64,000 bases of DNA, taken from Escherichia coli. Lineage in GTDB: Bacteria > Pseudomonadota > Gammaproteobacteria > Enterobacterales > Enterobacteriaceae. This document shows, in pieces, positions 9,690 through 21,419 of this stretch. The stretch is from NCBI RefSeq assembly GCF_011045215.1, contig NZ_CP049201.1, one strand, 5' to 3'. How positions within the stretch are numbered: the stretch's first letter is position 1; every line of letters starts with the position of its first letter. The position numbers and the translations under genes are program-made. The notes beneath the pieces are model-generated. The model was not told the DNA's origin. It ran no database searches and worked only from the letters and a program-made list of their open reading frames with translations.

Positions 9690-11329
9690 TCACTCACTCT
9701 CCTGCAAGTTTGCAGAATATCATCCGCAGCCTGGTAATACTTCGTCTCAACGCCAGTTAATCCCAATAGCGTGGAGAATAAATTGTCTTGTGAATAGTGT
9801 TGCGTTTGCGCCTGTTTTTGCAGACAGTTCTGGTCAACCTGATACCGTTTTTGATAATCCTCCGACAGCCACAGCAGCATCGGCACCTGTTTTTGGCTAT
9901 CCGGGGCGATGGCATAAGGCAGACCGTGCAGATAGATGCCATTTTCACCTAACGATTCACCGTGGTCAGAAAGATAAACCAGGCTGGTGGTAAATTTATC
10001 CTGATGTTCTTTCAGCAGATTAATCGCTTTATCAACAATATAGTCGACGTAAACCAGCGTGTTGTCGTAAGTGTTCACCAGTTGCTCTTTGGTACAGGTC
10101 TGGATCTCATTGGTGTCGCAGGTTGGGGTAAATTTCCTGAACTGCGGCGGATAGCGGTTGTAATAGGTCGGACCGTGGCTGCCGATGGTGTGTAAGACAA
10201 TCACGCCATCACCCTGCAGGTTATTGATGTACTCTTCCAGCCCGTGGAACAGCACTTCGTCATAGCATTCGCCGTTGATGCACTGATCAGGCAGATTCAG
10301 CGCGGTGACATTCTGGTGAGGCACGCGGTCGCAGGCACCTTTACAGCCGCCATCGTTGTCATTCCACAGCACGTTGATGCCCGCTCGCTGAATGATATCC
10401 AGCACGCCTTCCTGGTGCTGTGCCAGCTCTTCTTTGTAGTGCTCTCGCGGCATATCCGAGAACATGCACGGTACTGAAACTGCCGTTGCCGTGCCGCAAG
10501 ATGCGGTATTAGGGAAATAGACCACGTTATCTTTCGCCAGCCGCGGGTTAGTTTCACGCGGGTAGCCGTTGAGGGAGAAGTTCTCCGCCCGCGAGGTTTC
10601 GCCGACAATCAGGATGGTCAAATTTTTACGTTTTTCGTTCTGCATTAACGGGTTGCGGTGCGCGTCTTCACCAATTCGCACCAGCGGCAGATTTGCCAGT
10701 CGCTGATGGGAGTACCATGACCAGCTGGCAACAATGCTGTTAGAGGGGCTTAAGGACTTCACCAGCTCTTTGTTGTTGCGGAACAACGAGGCGTAGTCTT
10801 TATAAAATAGTGCGGCGACCAGCAAAATCAGCAGTACAGAAACCAGAATATTGGCTCCACGGAAAAGAACACTGCGCAGACGCGAGGTGGCAGGTTTGAT
10901 TTTAATCCAGCAGGCAATCAGCGCAGCAAGCACGCCGCTGAATCCCAGCGTTAATAACATTTGCGGTGTCATCAGCGCATAGCTTTCTGCCGGAGTGGTA
11001 TCAATAATATTGGCAATCATCGAGCGGTCGATGACGATGCCGTAAGTCATTATGAAATATTGTGCAGCCGCGCCAACCAGAATAAACAGGCAGGCCAGCG
11101 GTCGATTAAGCCATAAGAAAGAGCTTAGTGTCAGGACAATATTAATCACGCTGAAGGCGACGACCGGCATCGACAAGAAAACCAGTACGTTATGCAGCGA
11201 GTCCAGCGGCAGCGCCTGCAACACCTGTTTAAAAAAGGCAATATTCAGGCAGATAGAGATATAAAAAGCGGCCAACAATAGCCAGGCGAGTAAATTCAAA
11301 GAGGGTCTTTTTAGTAGGCGCTTCAACAT
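9686..11329 (-). CDS. eptA: Lipid A phosphoethanolamine transferase EptA (PmrC)
   Basis: 547 aa from the ATG at 11329 ([19 protein letters not shown]...). It has an N-terminal TM domain and a sulfatase-like domain, and a 4-nt overlap with basR. Confidence 0.9.
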   Translation of the reverse strand: MLKRLLKRPSLNLLAWLLLAAFYISICLNIAFFKQVLQALPLDSLHNVLVFLSMPVVAFSVINIVLTLSSFLWLNRPLACLFILVGAAAQYFIMTYGIVIDRSMIANIIDTTPAESYALMTPQMLLTLGFSGVLAALIACWIKIKPATSRLRSVLFRGANILVSVLLILLVAALFYKDYASLFRNNKELVKSLSPSNSIVASWSWYSHQRLANLPLVRIGEDAHRNPLMQNEKRKNLTILIVGETSRAENFSLNGYPRETNPRLAKDNVVYFPNTASCGTATAVSVPCMFSDMPREHYKEELAQHQEGVLDIIQRAGINVLWNDNDGGCKGACDRVPHQNVTALNLPDQCINGECYDEVLFHGLEEYINNLQGDGVIVLHTIGSHGPTYYNRYPPQFRKFTPTCDTNEIQTCTKEQLVNTYDNTLVYVDYIVDKAINLLKEHQDKFTTSLVYLSDHGESLGENGIYLHGLPYAIAPDSQKQVPMLLWLSEDYQKRYQVDQNCLQKQAQTQHYSQDNLFSTLLGLTGVETKYYQAADDILQTCRRVSE

Positions 11330-11371
11330 CACGGTGTTTCCATCGAACAAAGTGCGCATATGCTCGCAAAG

Positions 11372-11406
11372 CAAAATTAAGCCAACCTTAAGTTCTTAAG
11401 GTTGGC
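11372..11406 (-). terminator. adiC rho-independent terminator hairpin (overlaps the PmrA box)
   Basis: GCCAACCTTAAG-NN-CTTAAGGTTGGC is a perfect 12-bp stem, followed on the minus strand by TTAATTTTG, about 27 nt downstream of the adiC stop. Confidence 0.6.
11376..11392 (-). promoter_or_regulatory. PmrA(BasR) box of the eptA-basRS promoter
   Basis: The minus strand reads CTTAAG-GTTGG-CTTAAT, 47-63 nt upstream of the eptA ATG. The architecture is the same as the box at 7794-7810. Confidence 0.55.
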
Positions 11407-11432
11407 TTTTATCTTTGCTGGATTAAGGGGAA

Positions 11433-12770
11433 TTAATCTTTGCTTATTGGTGCATCTAAGGGATACGGGTTTTTATGCAGCCGGTTGTAATTCAGCGCAT
11501 ACATGGCGGTGATGACCATCAGGGTGACAAATGACCACATAACCTCTTTCGCCCCGGACCCCACCACGGCCCAGATGCAGTAGAGGAAGGCAATGGTAGT
11601 AACTGCCAGATATGCCGGGCGTGCTTTACCAAAGTGACCGTGTCCGAGCAGCAGTAACGCCGCACAGGTGTAAAGATATGGCACCAGTGTAAAGATGACC
11701 GAGACGGAAGAAACCAGACCGAATTCTTTGGTCGCGTTTGGTGAAATGCTGCTGAGCTGGAAGATGGTCATCAAAATACCGACGATAATCAGCCCCGCCA
11801 CTGGCGTACCCGCTTTATTTACACGGGCAAAAATCGGTGGGAACAGTCCGTCATCGGCAGCGGCTTTCGCCGTTTGACCCGCCAGCAATGTCCAGCCGCC
11901 CAGTGAACCTAAGCAACCCGCAGCTGCGCAGAAGGAAACAATGGCCCCGGCGGTGTCACCCAACGCCATCCGTGCGGCATCACCGAATGGCGAAGCAGAA
12001 ACGCGCAGTGCGGCATTAGGGATCATCCCCATAATCGCGGTGGTGGAGAGCACATAGCAAACGGCGGCAATCAATACCCCACCAATGGTGGCGATAGGGA
12101 CGTTGCGTTTCGGGTTTTTCACCACACCTGCGGCAACGGAGGCACTTTCCACACCGATGAACGACCACAGCGTAACGTTAAGGGTACTTTGAATTGCACC
12201 GAAGGTGCCCAGGCCGCTGACGTTCCATGCCGCCATATAGGTTTCACCACGGAACCAGAACCAGCCAAATACGGCAATCCCGACGATGGGGATCAGCGCC
12301 AGCACGGTGGCAACGGCCTGCACACGGGTGATCATTTTCGGACCGACAATGTTCAGCAGGACGAAGATCCACAGCACCATGACGCAGGTGATGGTTAATA
12401 CCAATGGATCTTTCAGAATCGGGAAGAAGTAACTTAAATATCCTACGCCAATGACCACCATGGCGATATTGCCGATCCAGCAGGCCAGCCAGTAGAGGAC
12501 GTTGGTTTGATAACCGAGAAACGGGCCAAAGCAGCGGCGGGCGTAAGCGTAAGAACCACCAGGACTTGGGTCGAGGAACGACATTTTGGCGTATACCATC
12601 GAGAGCCCCAGCGCACCGATAATCGTCACCAACCATCCATAAATGGCAATCCCGCCAGTGGAGGCCAGGTTTGCAGGTAACAGAAAAACACCTGACCCCA
12701 TAATATTCCCCGACACCATCAGGGTGACGGGGATTAAGCCCACTTTGTGAGCATCAGCATCCGAAGACAT
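11433..12770 (-). CDS. adiC: Arginine:agmatine antiporter AdiC (APC family)
   Basis: 445-aa polytopic ORF starting [32 protein letters not shown], adjacent to adiY/adiA. Confidence 0.95.
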   Translation of the reverse strand: MSSDADAHKVGLIPVTLMVSGNIMGSGVFLLPANLASTGGIAIYGWLVTIIGALGLSMVYAKMSFLDPSPGGSYAYARRCFGPFLGYQTNVLYWLACWIGNIAMVVIGVGYLSYFFPILKDPLVLTITCVMVLWIFVLLNIVGPKMITRVQAVATVLALIPIVGIAVFGWFWFRGETYMAAWNVSGLGTFGAIQSTLNVTLWSFIGVESASVAAGVVKNPKRNVPIATIGGVLIAAVCYVLSTTAIMGMIPNAALRVSASPFGDAARMALGDTAGAIVSFCAAAGCLGSLGGWTLLAGQTAKAAADDGLFPPIFARVNKAGTPVAGLIIVGILMTIFQLSSISPNATKEFGLVSSVSVIFTLVPYLYTCAALLLLGHGHFGKARPAYLAVTTIAFLYCIWAVVGSGAKEVMWSFVTLMVITAMYALNYNRLHKNPYPLDAPISKD

Positions 12771-12906
12771 AATTAAACTCCTGCGAAGGCGAGCTTCGTG
12801 ACAATAAATTACGTCATATCATACGCCTGCATTCGATAGTTGAATTATTATCGACCGGGTTATCGCTGATGCCGTTATTAATATAGCTCTTCGTTAAGGT
12901 TAAAAA

Positions 12907-13668
12907 TCAGGCGACAGTGCGTTCTCTGTGCTGACTAACATAATGCAGCGGCGTCATACCGTAGAAGTCTTTAAAGACAGAAATAAAGTACGACGTACTG
13001 TTGTAGCCGCAGGACTGTGATACCTGAGAGATATTTTTACCGTCCATCATTAATTCATTTACGGCATAACGCATGCGGCAGGTGGTGATTATTTGGCTAT
13101 AACTGGTGTTTTCGCTTTTCAGCTTTTTCTTTAACAGACTTGGGCTAAGACATAAACAACTGGCTACCATACTAAGATTCCAGTCTTTGTGAATATCGCT
13201 TTCAATAATTTGATAAACGCTGTCACTTACACAATTACGTAACATATACATCATTAATGAAAGGAATTTTTTACTGTCGAGAAAACGGGATAGCACCGTG
13301 AATAATAATGCGCGTGTTCGTTCCTTTTCTGACTCAGTTTCTGCGGGCATCATGCTGTGTTGCGCGGCAACGCGAAAGACGTCTGGTGTCAGGCATGGCA
13401 GGGTGAGAATGGGCGTAGCGCTACGTTGCCATACTGGTATTTGCGAGAGATCTTTATTCAGAAACCGGAGGTAATCTTTGATGATGTCGTGACTAATATG
13501 AGCAACCAAAGTGTTGTTAAGAGAGGAGACGTCGATAATATTATTTTCACAATTTAATAACGCCATATGGTTAGCTTTAAGGCTAATAGGTTCTTTCCCA
13601 TTCACCCTTATCCAGACATCTTTTTCAGTCAATAAAACAATACAAGGTTGGTCGCTGCAAATCCTCAT
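12907..13668 (-). CDS. adiY: AraC-family regulator AdiY
   Basis: 253 aa with a C-terminal AraC HTH (SQVSQSCGYNSTSYFISVFKDFYGMTP), located between adiC and adiA. Confidence 0.9.
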   Translation of the reverse strand: MRICSDQPCIVLLTEKDVWIRVNGKEPISLKANHMALLNCENNIIDVSSLNNTLVAHISHDIIKDYLRFLNKDLSQIPVWQRSATPILTLPCLTPDVFRVAAQHSMMPAETESEKERTRALLFTVLSRFLDSKKFLSLMMYMLRNCVSDSVYQIIESDIHKDWNLSMVASCLCLSPSLLKKKLKSENTSYSQIITTCRMRYAVNELMMDGKNISQVSQSCGYNSTSYFISVFKDFYGMTPLHYVSQHRERTVA

Positions 13669-13992
13669 ACATGTACTCCTGAGTGCGAATAAAAGACCAG
13701 TTCTCGCTAAAGCAAAGCGATACCGGGAAATGGTTATATAATTGTATGATGAATATAAACATGCATAAAAATAACGAGTTTTACTAATATTACAAATTTT
13801 TATAGAAATTTCTCATGTACATATTTTTTTACAGGATAAATAACAGGCAAAAAAAAGCGCGGGGTGGGGCCGCGCAAAAAGTATGACATTTTTGTTTGCA
13901 GCAATTTTTATGAAAACGTTGCCATACTCAAAAGGCCTAAGGCCAGGCGGCGTAATGTTATTTAAACAATTACGCCTTCAGCGGAATAGTGG

Positions 13993-16260
13993 TTACGCTT
14001 TCACACACATAACGTGGTAAATACCGTCAATAATTTCAGTCCCTTCAGTTTCGTGTTCAAATCCAGGGAAATGATGATCCCAGGATTGCAGCGAGCGTAA
14101 ATAACTTACTTGCGGACTGTTTTTATCGCCGAAGTTTTCACCAGACAGCAGCATCGGGATTCCTGGCGGATACGGGATAACTGAGTTTGCCGCGATACGT
14201 CCTGGCAGATTTTCAATGGATACCAGTTCGACATTGTTGTCGACAATCGCGTTGTACGCTTCACGCGGGGTGATTTCCGCCACTGGCAGGCCGGAATAGG
14301 CTTCGTTCAACCGTGCGCCAGGGTTGTTTTCTTTCAGCCAGGCAAACATGGTGTCACCCAGATCGTGAATCCCCATGTTCGCATAAGTGTCAGGATATTG
14401 TTCAACAAGTTCCGGCATCACCTGCGCCAGCGGTGTGTTGGCGTCATAGTGGCGTTTGAAGGAGCAAAGGGTGTTAACCAGAGTCCCCCATTTCCCACGG
14501 GTTACGCCCATAGAGAACAGGAACATAATTTGGAAGTCAGTGGTGCGGGTAGGCACAATGCCGTGGCGACCAAGCCAGGCAGTGACCAGCGCCGCCGGAA
14601 CACCGGTTTCTTCCAGTTCACCATCTTCACCCATTCCCGGAGCAAGGATGCTGACTTTAATCGGGTCGAGCATACTCCAGTTATCCGGAATATCTTTGAA
14701 GCCGTGCCAGCTTTCGCCCGGATGCATTACCCAGCAGTCCTGAACGGTGGTCAGCAGTTTGGTTGGTGCGTCAGCAAAGTCATAGGTTTTGCCGGTTTGT
14801 GGGTCGGTGACGACTTCTTTGTTCCACGGTTTGAAGAACCAGCTACCGTCAGCGGTGAACTCTTTATACAGCCGCGCCATCGCCTGACGGAAATCAACCG
14901 CTTCGTCGATCACTTCCTGCGTCAGTGACAGGCCACTGTTGCCGTCCATCATCGACACCGCCACGTCGTTGGATGCGCAGATGGCATACAGCGGGGAGGT
15001 GGTGGCATGCATCATGTAGGCCTGGTTGAAGCGGGAGAAGTTAATCGCCCCACGACCTTCACGTACATGAATATAAGAGGCCTGTGACAGCGCATTCAGT
15101 AGTTTGTGGGTGGAGTGGGTGGCGAAAACGGTAGGACCGTTGTGATCGCCAGGTTCGCCGCGCATGGCATAGTGATCGGCATAGATCGGGTTGAAACGTG
15201 CATAGCCGTACCAGGCTTCGTCAAAGTGCAGACGATCGGAGGTTTTTTCCAGCAGATCCTGCGCTTCTTTAGCGTTATAACACACGCCGTCATAGGTGCA
15301 GTTGGTCACCACGCAGTAAGACGGTTTTTGCCCGGCTTTGTCTTTGGTCAGCGGGCTTTCACTGATTTTCTTCTGCAAGGTTTCAGGTTGCATTTCCTGC
15401 GGATAGATTGGCCCGATAATGCCGTAGCGGTTGCGGCTTGGCACCATATAGACCGGTTTCGCGCCTGTCAGCATCAAACCTTGTTCGATGGATTTATGGC
15501 AGTTACGGTCAACAACCACGACATCGTTATCGGTCATGCAAGCCTGCATGATGGTGCGGTTAGAGCCGGAAGTACCGACGACTACCGACCAGGAGCGATC
15601 GGCACCAAATACGCGTGCGGCATATTTTTCGCTTTCGCCAAATGCGCCAGTATGGTCAAGCAAAGAACCGAGGGAAGTTCGTTCGATGCCCATGTCGGTG
15701 CGGAACAGATTTTCACCATAGTAGTCATGGTAGAAACGTCCGGCGGGTGTTTTGGTAAAACCAACGCCGCCCTGGTGGCCTGGCGCTGCCCAGGAATATT
15801 CATGGATGTCGCTATATTTCATCAGTGCGCTGAACAGTGGCGGCAACAGCTGCTGGCGGTAGCGGGTCATCGCGGCAACGGCGCGTCCGGCGATAAAGTC
15901 GGCGGTATCTTCCAGAATCCAGGCGAATTCATCGACAAGCTCCAGCAGATCCCTGTCCATTGCGGCGAGGGCTTTTTCCCGATCGCCCAACAGGAAGACC
16001 GGCACGTTTTGTTGGCGCTCATGAAGCTTACTGATCAATTGTCTGACGTTTTGATGTTCGTCCGGATGTTCCATTTGATAGCTGAACATCAGGCAGTCAA
16101 TGGCTTCGTTTGAAGAGAGAATGGCAAAACCATCATCAAAGGAGGTGGATTTAATCACGGTAACATTTTGCTGGCTTAAAGCATCTGCCAGACGCTCAAC
16201 AGCGTTACCGACCCAGGTGTCTTGATGGAGAAACTCGCTTTCAACAATTAATACTTTCAT
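13993..16260 (-). CDS. adiA: Biodegradative (acid-inducible) arginine decarboxylase AdiA
   Basis: 755 aa from the second ATG (MKVLIVESEFLHQDTW...). It is a fold-I PLP decarboxylase with STHKLL. The ORF track start at 16263 adds one Met. Confidence 0.95.
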   Translation of the reverse strand: MKVLIVESEFLHQDTWVGNAVERLADALSQQNVTVIKSTSFDDGFAILSSNEAIDCLMFSYQMEHPDEHQNVRQLISKLHERQQNVPVFLLGDREKALAAMDRDLLELVDEFAWILEDTADFIAGRAVAAMTRYRQQLLPPLFSALMKYSDIHEYSWAAPGHQGGVGFTKTPAGRFYHDYYGENLFRTDMGIERTSLGSLLDHTGAFGESEKYAARVFGADRSWSVVVGTSGSNRTIMQACMTDNDVVVVDRNCHKSIEQGLMLTGAKPVYMVPSRNRYGIIGPIYPQEMQPETLQKKISESPLTKDKAGQKPSYCVVTNCTYDGVCYNAKEAQDLLEKTSDRLHFDEAWYGYARFNPIYADHYAMRGEPGDHNGPTVFATHSTHKLLNALSQASYIHVREGRGAINFSRFNQAYMMHATTSPLYAICASNDVAVSMMDGNSGLSLTQEVIDEAVDFRQAMARLYKEFTADGSWFFKPWNKEVVTDPQTGKTYDFADAPTKLLTTVQDCWVMHPGESWHGFKDIPDNWSMLDPIKVSILAPGMGEDGELEETGVPAALVTAWLGRHGIVPTRTTDFQIMFLFSMGVTRGKWGTLVNTLCSFKRHYDANTPLAQVMPELVEQYPDTYANMGIHDLGDTMFAWLKENNPGARLNEAYSGLPVAEITPREAYNAIVDNNVELVSIENLPGRIAANSVIPYPPGIPMLLSGENFGDKNSPQVSYLRSLQSWDHHFPGFEHETEGTEIIDGIYHVMCVKA

Positions 16261-16458
16261 CATTGCTTACCCGGTTATGAAGGAATCTTCGTTGCGGGCA
16301 AGTATCTTCCGGCCTTTTCGGGCTGTAAAGCGCGTGAAAAACAAACATTTTTGAAATATTTGTTTTTATAAACAATGTGTTATGTGATTATTTTAAATTA
16401 TTTTCACTGCTTATTATCGACGGCTAAACTATTTTTTTGGCTGATACTGATATCGTCT

Positions 16459-17367
16459 TTAGCCGGGAAACGTCTGGCGGCGCTGTTGGCTAAGTTTGCG
16501 GTATTGTTGCGGCGACATGCCGACATATTTGCCGAACGTGCTGTAAAAACGACTACTTGAACGAAAGCCTGCCGTCAGGGCAATATCGAGAATACTTTTA
16601 TCGGTATCGCTCAGTAACGCGCGAACGTGGTTGATGCGCATCGCGGTAATGTACTGTTTCATCGTCAATTGCATGACCCGCTGGAATATCCCCATTGCAT
16701 AGTTGGCGTTAAGTTTGACGTGCTCAGCCACATCGTTGATGGTCAGCGCCTGATCATAGTTTTCGGCAATAAAGCCCAGCATCTGGCTAACATAAAATTG
16801 CGCATGGCGCGAGACGCTGTTTTTGTGTGTGCGCGAGGTTTTATTGACCAGAATCGGTTCCCAGCCAGAGAGGCTAAATCGCTTGAGCATCAGGCCAATT
16901 TCATCAATGGCGAGCTGGCGAATTTGCTCATTCGGACTGTTTAATTCCTGCTGCCAGCGGCGCACTTCAAACGGGCTAAGTTGCTGTGTGGCTCGTGATT
17001 TGATCACCATGCCGTGAGTGACGTGGTTAATCAGGTCTTTATCCAGCGGCCAGGAGAGAAACAGATGCATCGGCAGATTAAAAATCGCCATGCTCTGACA
17101 GGTTCCGGTATCTGTTAGTTGGTGCGGTGTACAGGCCCAGAACAGCGTGATATGTCCCTGATTGATATTCACTTTTTCATTGTTGATCAGGTATTCCACA
17201 TCGCCATCGAAAGGCACATTCACTTCGACCTGACCATGCCAGTGGCTGGTGGGCATGATATGCGGTGCGCGAAACTCAATCTCCATCCGCTGGTATTCCG
17301 AATACAGCGACAGCGGGCTGCGGGTCTGTTTTTCGTCGCTGCTGCACATAAACGTATCTGTATTCAT
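16459..17367 (-). CDS. melR: AraC-family melibiose operon activator MelR
   Basis: 302 aa, divergent from melAB, with a C-terminal AraC HTH. Confidence 0.95.
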   Translation of the reverse strand: MNTDTFMCSSDEKQTRSPLSLYSEYQRMEIEFRAPHIMPTSHWHGQVEVNVPFDGDVEYLINNEKVNINQGHITLFWACTPHQLTDTGTCQSMAIFNLPMHLFLSWPLDKDLINHVTHGMVIKSRATQQLSPFEVRRWQQELNSPNEQIRQLAIDEIGLMLKRFSLSGWEPILVNKTSRTHKNSVSRHAQFYVSQMLGFIAENYDQALTINDVAEHVKLNANYAMGIFQRVMQLTMKQYITAMRINHVRALLSDTDKSILDIALTAGFRSSSRFYSTFGKYVGMSPQQYRKLSQQRRQTFPG

Positions 17368-17649
17368 GGATGGCTCTCTTTCCTGGAATATCAGAATTAT
17401 GGCAGGAGTGAGGGAGGATGACTGCGAGTGGGAGCACGGTTTTCACCCTCTTCTCAGAGAGGCTAGGGGACTGTCCGAGCATCATGAGGCCGAAAACTCT
17501 GCTTTTCAGGAAAATTATTCACATAAACTCAGATTTACTGCTGCTTCACGCAGGATCTGAGTTTATGGGAATGCTCAACCTGGAAGCCGGAGGTTTTCTG
17601 CAGATTCGCCTGCCATGATGAAGTTATTCAAGCAAGCCAGGAGATCTGC

Positions 17650-19005
17650 ATGATGTCTGCACCCAAAATTACATTTATCGGCGCTGGTTCGACGATTTTC
17701 GTTAAAAATATTCTTGGTGATGTGTTCCATCGCGAGGCGCTGAAAACGGCGCATATTGCCCTGATGGACATTGACCCCACCCGCCTGGAAGAGTCGCATA
17801 TTGTGGTGCGTAAGCTGATGGATTCAGCAGGGGCCAGCGGCAAAATCACCTGCCACACCCAACAGAAAGAAGCCTTAGAGGATGCCGATTTTGTCGTGGT
17901 GGCATTTCAGATTGGCGGTTATGAACCTTGCACGGTGACTGATTTCGAGGTCTGTAAGCGGCATGGTCTGGAACAAACCATTGCCGATACGTTGGGGCCG
18001 GGCGGTATTATGCGCGCGCTACGTACCATTCCGCATCTGTGGCAAATTTGCGAGGACATGACGGAAGTCTGCCCCGATGCCACCATGCTCAACTATGTTA
18101 ACCCAATGGCGATGAATACCTGGGCGATGTATGCCCGCTATCCGCATATCAAACAGGTCGGGCTGTGCCATTCGGTGCAGGGAACGGCGGAAGAGCTGGC
18201 GCGTGACCTCAATATCGACCCGGCTACGCTGCGTTACCGTTGCGCAGGTATCAACCATATGGCGTTTTACCTGGAGCTGGAGCGCAAAACCGCCGACGGC
18301 AGTTACGTGAATCTCTACCCGGAACTGCTGGCGGCTTATGACGCAGGGCAGGCACCGAAGCCGAATATTCACGGCAATACTCGCTGCCAGAATATTGTGC
18401 GCTATGAAATGTTCAAAAAGCTGGGCTATTTCGTCACGGAATCGTCAGAACATTTTGCTGAGTACACACCGTGGTTTATTAAGCCAGGTCGTGAGGATTT
18501 GATTGAGCGTTATAAAGTACCGCTGGATGAGTACCCGAAACGCTGCGTCGAGCAGCTGGCGAACTGGCATAAAGAGCTGGAGGAGTATAAAAACGCCTCC
18601 CGGATTGATATTAAACCGTCACGGGAATATGCCAGCACAATCATGAACGCTATCTGGACGGGCGAGCCGAGTGTGATTTACGGCAACGTCCGTAACGATG
18701 GTTTGATTGATAACCTGCCACAAGGATGTTGCGTGGAAGTAGCCTGTCTGGTTGATGCTAATGGCATTCAGCCGACCAAAGTCGGTACGCTACCTTCGCA
18801 TCTGGCCGCCCTGATGCAAACCAACATCAACGTACAGACGCTGCTGACCGAAGCTATTCTTACGGAAAATCGCGACCGTGTTTACCACGCCGCGATGATG
18901 GACCCGCATACTGCCGCCGTGCTGGGCATTGACGAAATATATGCTCTTGTTGACGACCTGATTGCCGCCCACGGCGACTGGCTGCCAGGCTGGTTGCACC
19001 GTTAA
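17650..19005 (+). CDS. melA: Alpha-galactosidase MelA (GH4, NAD/Mn dependent)
   Basis: 451 aa starting MMSAPKITFIGAGSTIFVKN (Rossmann GxGS motif), with a GH4 pattern. Confidence 0.95.
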   Translation: MMSAPKITFIGAGSTIFVKNILGDVFHREALKTAHIALMDIDPTRLEESHIVVRKLMDSAGASGKITCHTQQKEALEDADFVVVAFQIGGYEPCTVTDFEVCKRHGLEQTIADTLGPGGIMRALRTIPHLWQICEDMTEVCPDATMLNYVNPMAMNTWAMYARYPHIKQVGLCHSVQGTAEELARDLNIDPATLRYRCAGINHMAFYLELERKTADGSYVNLYPELLAAYDAGQAPKPNIHGNTRCQNIVRYEMFKKLGYFVTESSEHFAEYTPWFIKPGREDLIERYKVPLDEYPKRCVEQLANWHKELEEYKNASRIDIKPSREYASTIMNAIWTGEPSVIYGNVRNDGLIDNLPQGCCVEVACLVDANGIQPTKVGTLPSHLAALMQTNINVQTLLTEAILTENRDRVYHAAMMDPHTAAVLGIDEIYALVDDLIAAHGDWLPGWLHR

Positions 19006-19107
19006 AACGCGACTAAACGCTACTGCGCCGGGGGATTTATTCCGGCGCACACCTCTGACGATACCAATAACAGAAGGCAGGCGTTGGTAACAGCGACCCG
19101 ATACCCT

Positions 19108-20529
19108 ATGAGCATTTCAATGACTACAAAACTCAGTTATGGATTTGGAGCGTTCGGGAAGGATTTTGCGATCGGCATTGTGTATATGTACCTCATGTAT
19201 TACTACACCGATGTCGTCGGGCTGTCTGTGGGTTTGGTCGGTACTTTGTTTCTGGTGGCGAGGATCTGGGATGCTATTAACGATCCGATTATGGGATGGA
19301 TTGTAAATGCTACGCGATCGCGATGGGGTAAGTTCAAACCCTGGATCCTGATCGGTACGTTGGCAAACTCTGTAATCTTATTTCTCCTCTTTAGTGCGCA
19401 TCTGTTTGAAGGTACTACTCAGATTGTCTTTGTTTGCGTGACCTACATCCTCTGGGGCATGACTTACACCATTATGGATATTCCCTTCTGGTCGCTGGTT
19501 CCAACCATCACGCTCGATAAACGTGAGCGTGAACAACTGGTTCCTTATCCGCGTTTTTTTGCCAGTCTGGCGGGCTTTGTTACGGCAGGTGTGACGCTAC
19601 CATTTGTTAATTATGTCGGCGGTGGCGATCGGGGATTTGGCTTTCAGATGTTCACACTGGTACTGATCGCCTTTTTTATTGTTTCAACCATCATCACTCT
19701 GCGCAATGTGCATGAAGTCTTTTCGTCAGACAATCAACCGTCTGCTGAAGGAAGCCATCTGACACTTAAAGCCATCGTTGCGCTTATTTATAAAAACGAT
19801 CAGCTTTCATGCCTCTTGGGTATGGCTCTTGCTTATAATGTAGCCAGCAATATTATTACCGGCTTTGCTATCTATTATTTCTCATATGTTATCGGTGATG
19901 CGGATTTGTTCCCCTATTATCTGTCGTATGCGGGAGCTGCTAACCTGGTGACGTTAGTATTCTTCCCACGCTTAGTTAAATCATTATCCCGACGCATTTT
20001 ATGGGCCGGAGCATCTATTCTTCCGGTGTTAAGCTGTGGTGTTCTCCTGTTAATGGCATTAATGAGCTATCACAACGTCGTCCTCATTGTGATTGCGGGT
20101 ATTTTGCTGAATGTGGGAACGGCGCTTTTCTGGGTATTACAGGTCATCATGGTGGCAGATACCGTTGATTACGGTGAATATAAACTGCACGTACGCTGTG
20201 AAAGCATCGCTTACTCCGTGCAGACTATGGTGGTGAAGGGCGGTTCAGCCTTTGCGGCTTTTTTCATTGCGGTTGTGTTAGGGATGATTGGCTATGTACC
20301 GAATGTTGAACAGTCTACGCAAGCCCTATTAGGTATGCAGTTTATTATGATTGCTCTACCGACTCTGTTTTTCATGGTAACGCTGATTCTCTACTTCCGT
20401 TTCTATCGCCTCAATGGCGACACGCTGCGCAGGATCCAGATTCATCTGCTGGATAAATATCGCAAAGTACCGCCCGAGCCTGTTCATGCTGATATTCCGG
20501 TCGGTGCAGTGAGTGATGTGAAAGCCTGA
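19108..20529 (+). CDS. melB: Melibiose:cation symporter MelB (GPH family)
   Basis: 473 aa from the ATG at 19108 ([20 protein letters not shown]...). The upstream GTG-type start in the ORF track is less likely. Confidence 0.9.
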   Translation: MSISMTTKLSYGFGAFGKDFAIGIVYMYLMYYYTDVVGLSVGLVGTLFLVARIWDAINDPIMGWIVNATRSRWGKFKPWILIGTLANSVILFLLFSAHLFEGTTQIVFVCVTYILWGMTYTIMDIPFWSLVPTITLDKREREQLVPYPRFFASLAGFVTAGVTLPFVNYVGGGDRGFGFQMFTLVLIAFFIVSTIITLRNVHEVFSSDNQPSAEGSHLTLKAIVALIYKNDQLSCLLGMALAYNVASNIITGFAIYYFSYVIGDADLFPYYLSYAGAANLVTLVFFPRLVKSLSRRILWAGASILPVLSCGVLLLMALMSYHNVVLIVIAGILLNVGTALFWVLQVIMVADTVDYGEYKLHVRCESIAYSVQTMVVKGGSAFAAFFIAVVLGMIGYVPNVEQSTQALLGMQFIMIALPTLFFMVTLILYFRFYRLNGDTLRRIQIHLLDKYRKVPPEPVHADIPVGAVSDVKA

Positions 20530-20552
20530 CGTGGACAATGGCTAACGAAAAT

Positions 20553-20650
20553 GGCCTGATGCGATATGTTTATCAGGCCACGTCTTAATGTAATGCTTTG
20601 GATTTGCAAATTTTGTAGACCGGATAAGGAATTCACGCCGCATCCGGCAT
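20553..20650. repeat. REP elements downstream of melB
   Basis: GGCCTGATGCGATATGTTTATCAGGCC and GTAGACCGGATAAGGAATTCACGCCGCATCCGGCAT are REP-type palindromic units. Confidence 0.6.
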
Positions 20651-20667
20651 CAACAAAGTGCACGTTG

Positions 20668-21297
20668 TTATCCGGTTATCAAGCCAAAGCGCCGTAGCTG
20701 GCGGCAATGAAAGCGAGCGAGGAATATCACCGTCGTTAATGCGCCAAGTAGCGCGCAGAACATATCGGATTGCGTGTCCCACTGGTCGCCCTGGGTGCCG
20801 AGAAAATCATCCGCTCCCTGGCCCATTGCCAGCGCCGCCCACCACTCGATTAATTCATACATCGCGCTTATCGCCAGCGCCACGCAACAGACCAGAAACG
20901 CCACCATTTTACGTCCGCGAACGTACATCCCGCGCACAAGGATCTCACGTGCCACCAGTGCAGGCACCAGCCCCTGGAAAAAATGCCCCAGCTTGTCATA
21001 CGGATTACGGCTCAACTTCAGCCATTCCTGCACCTCAAAACCAACGGGGACTTTCGCGTAGGTGTATTGTCCGCCGACCATCAGGATGATGGCGTGAAAG
21101 AAAATGAGCGTATAGAGCAGCGGTGTTAACGGATAACGTTTAGCGGTGGCAAGCAGTAGCGGCACGACAATAATCACCGGTGTCACTTCCATCAGCCAGG
21201 TGAGTTTGTCATGGGCCGAAATGCCGGTATAAATGAGGATTAACGTTAGCGCCAGTGCGCCGGTGTTAAGAATTAACGGCTTGAGTGTGCGGGTCAT
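20668..21297 (-). CDS. yjdF: Inner membrane protein YjdF (DUF2238)
   Basis: 209-aa polytopic ORF in the K-12 syntenic position. Confidence 0.9.
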   Translation of the reverse strand: MTRTLKPLILNTGALALTLILIYTGISAHDKLTWLMEVTPVIIVVPLLLATAKRYPLTPLLYTLIFFHAIILMVGGQYTYAKVPVGFEVQEWLKLSRNPYDKLGHFFQGLVPALVAREILVRGMYVRGRKMVAFLVCCVALAISAMYELIEWWAALAMGQGADDFLGTQGDQWDTQSDMFCALLGALTTVIFLARFHCRQLRRFGLITG

Positions 21298-21419
21298 GGT
21301 GAGTTCGCAAGTCAGGGAAAATACTGACTATTCACCAGCAAGCGTGAAATTACAATCGCAAAAGAGGTGGCCCAGGGGGATCACCTGGCAGCATGCTGCC
21401 AGGCGCTGGGCCGAAGAGG

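Noticed and set aside
15106-16113. 335-aa plus-strand ORF inside adiA, and likewise 32276..33340 inside cadA, 14365..14928, 21816..22328 and 34473..34985
   Set aside because: These are antisense shadows of highly expressed, well-recognised genes, and none has independent start signals.
20668-21419. yjdF-type riboswitch upstream of yjdF
   Set aside because: The yjdF RNA motif is associated with the unrelated Firmicute yjdF gene. I see no comparable structured leader in the 120-nt region upstream of this E. coli gene.
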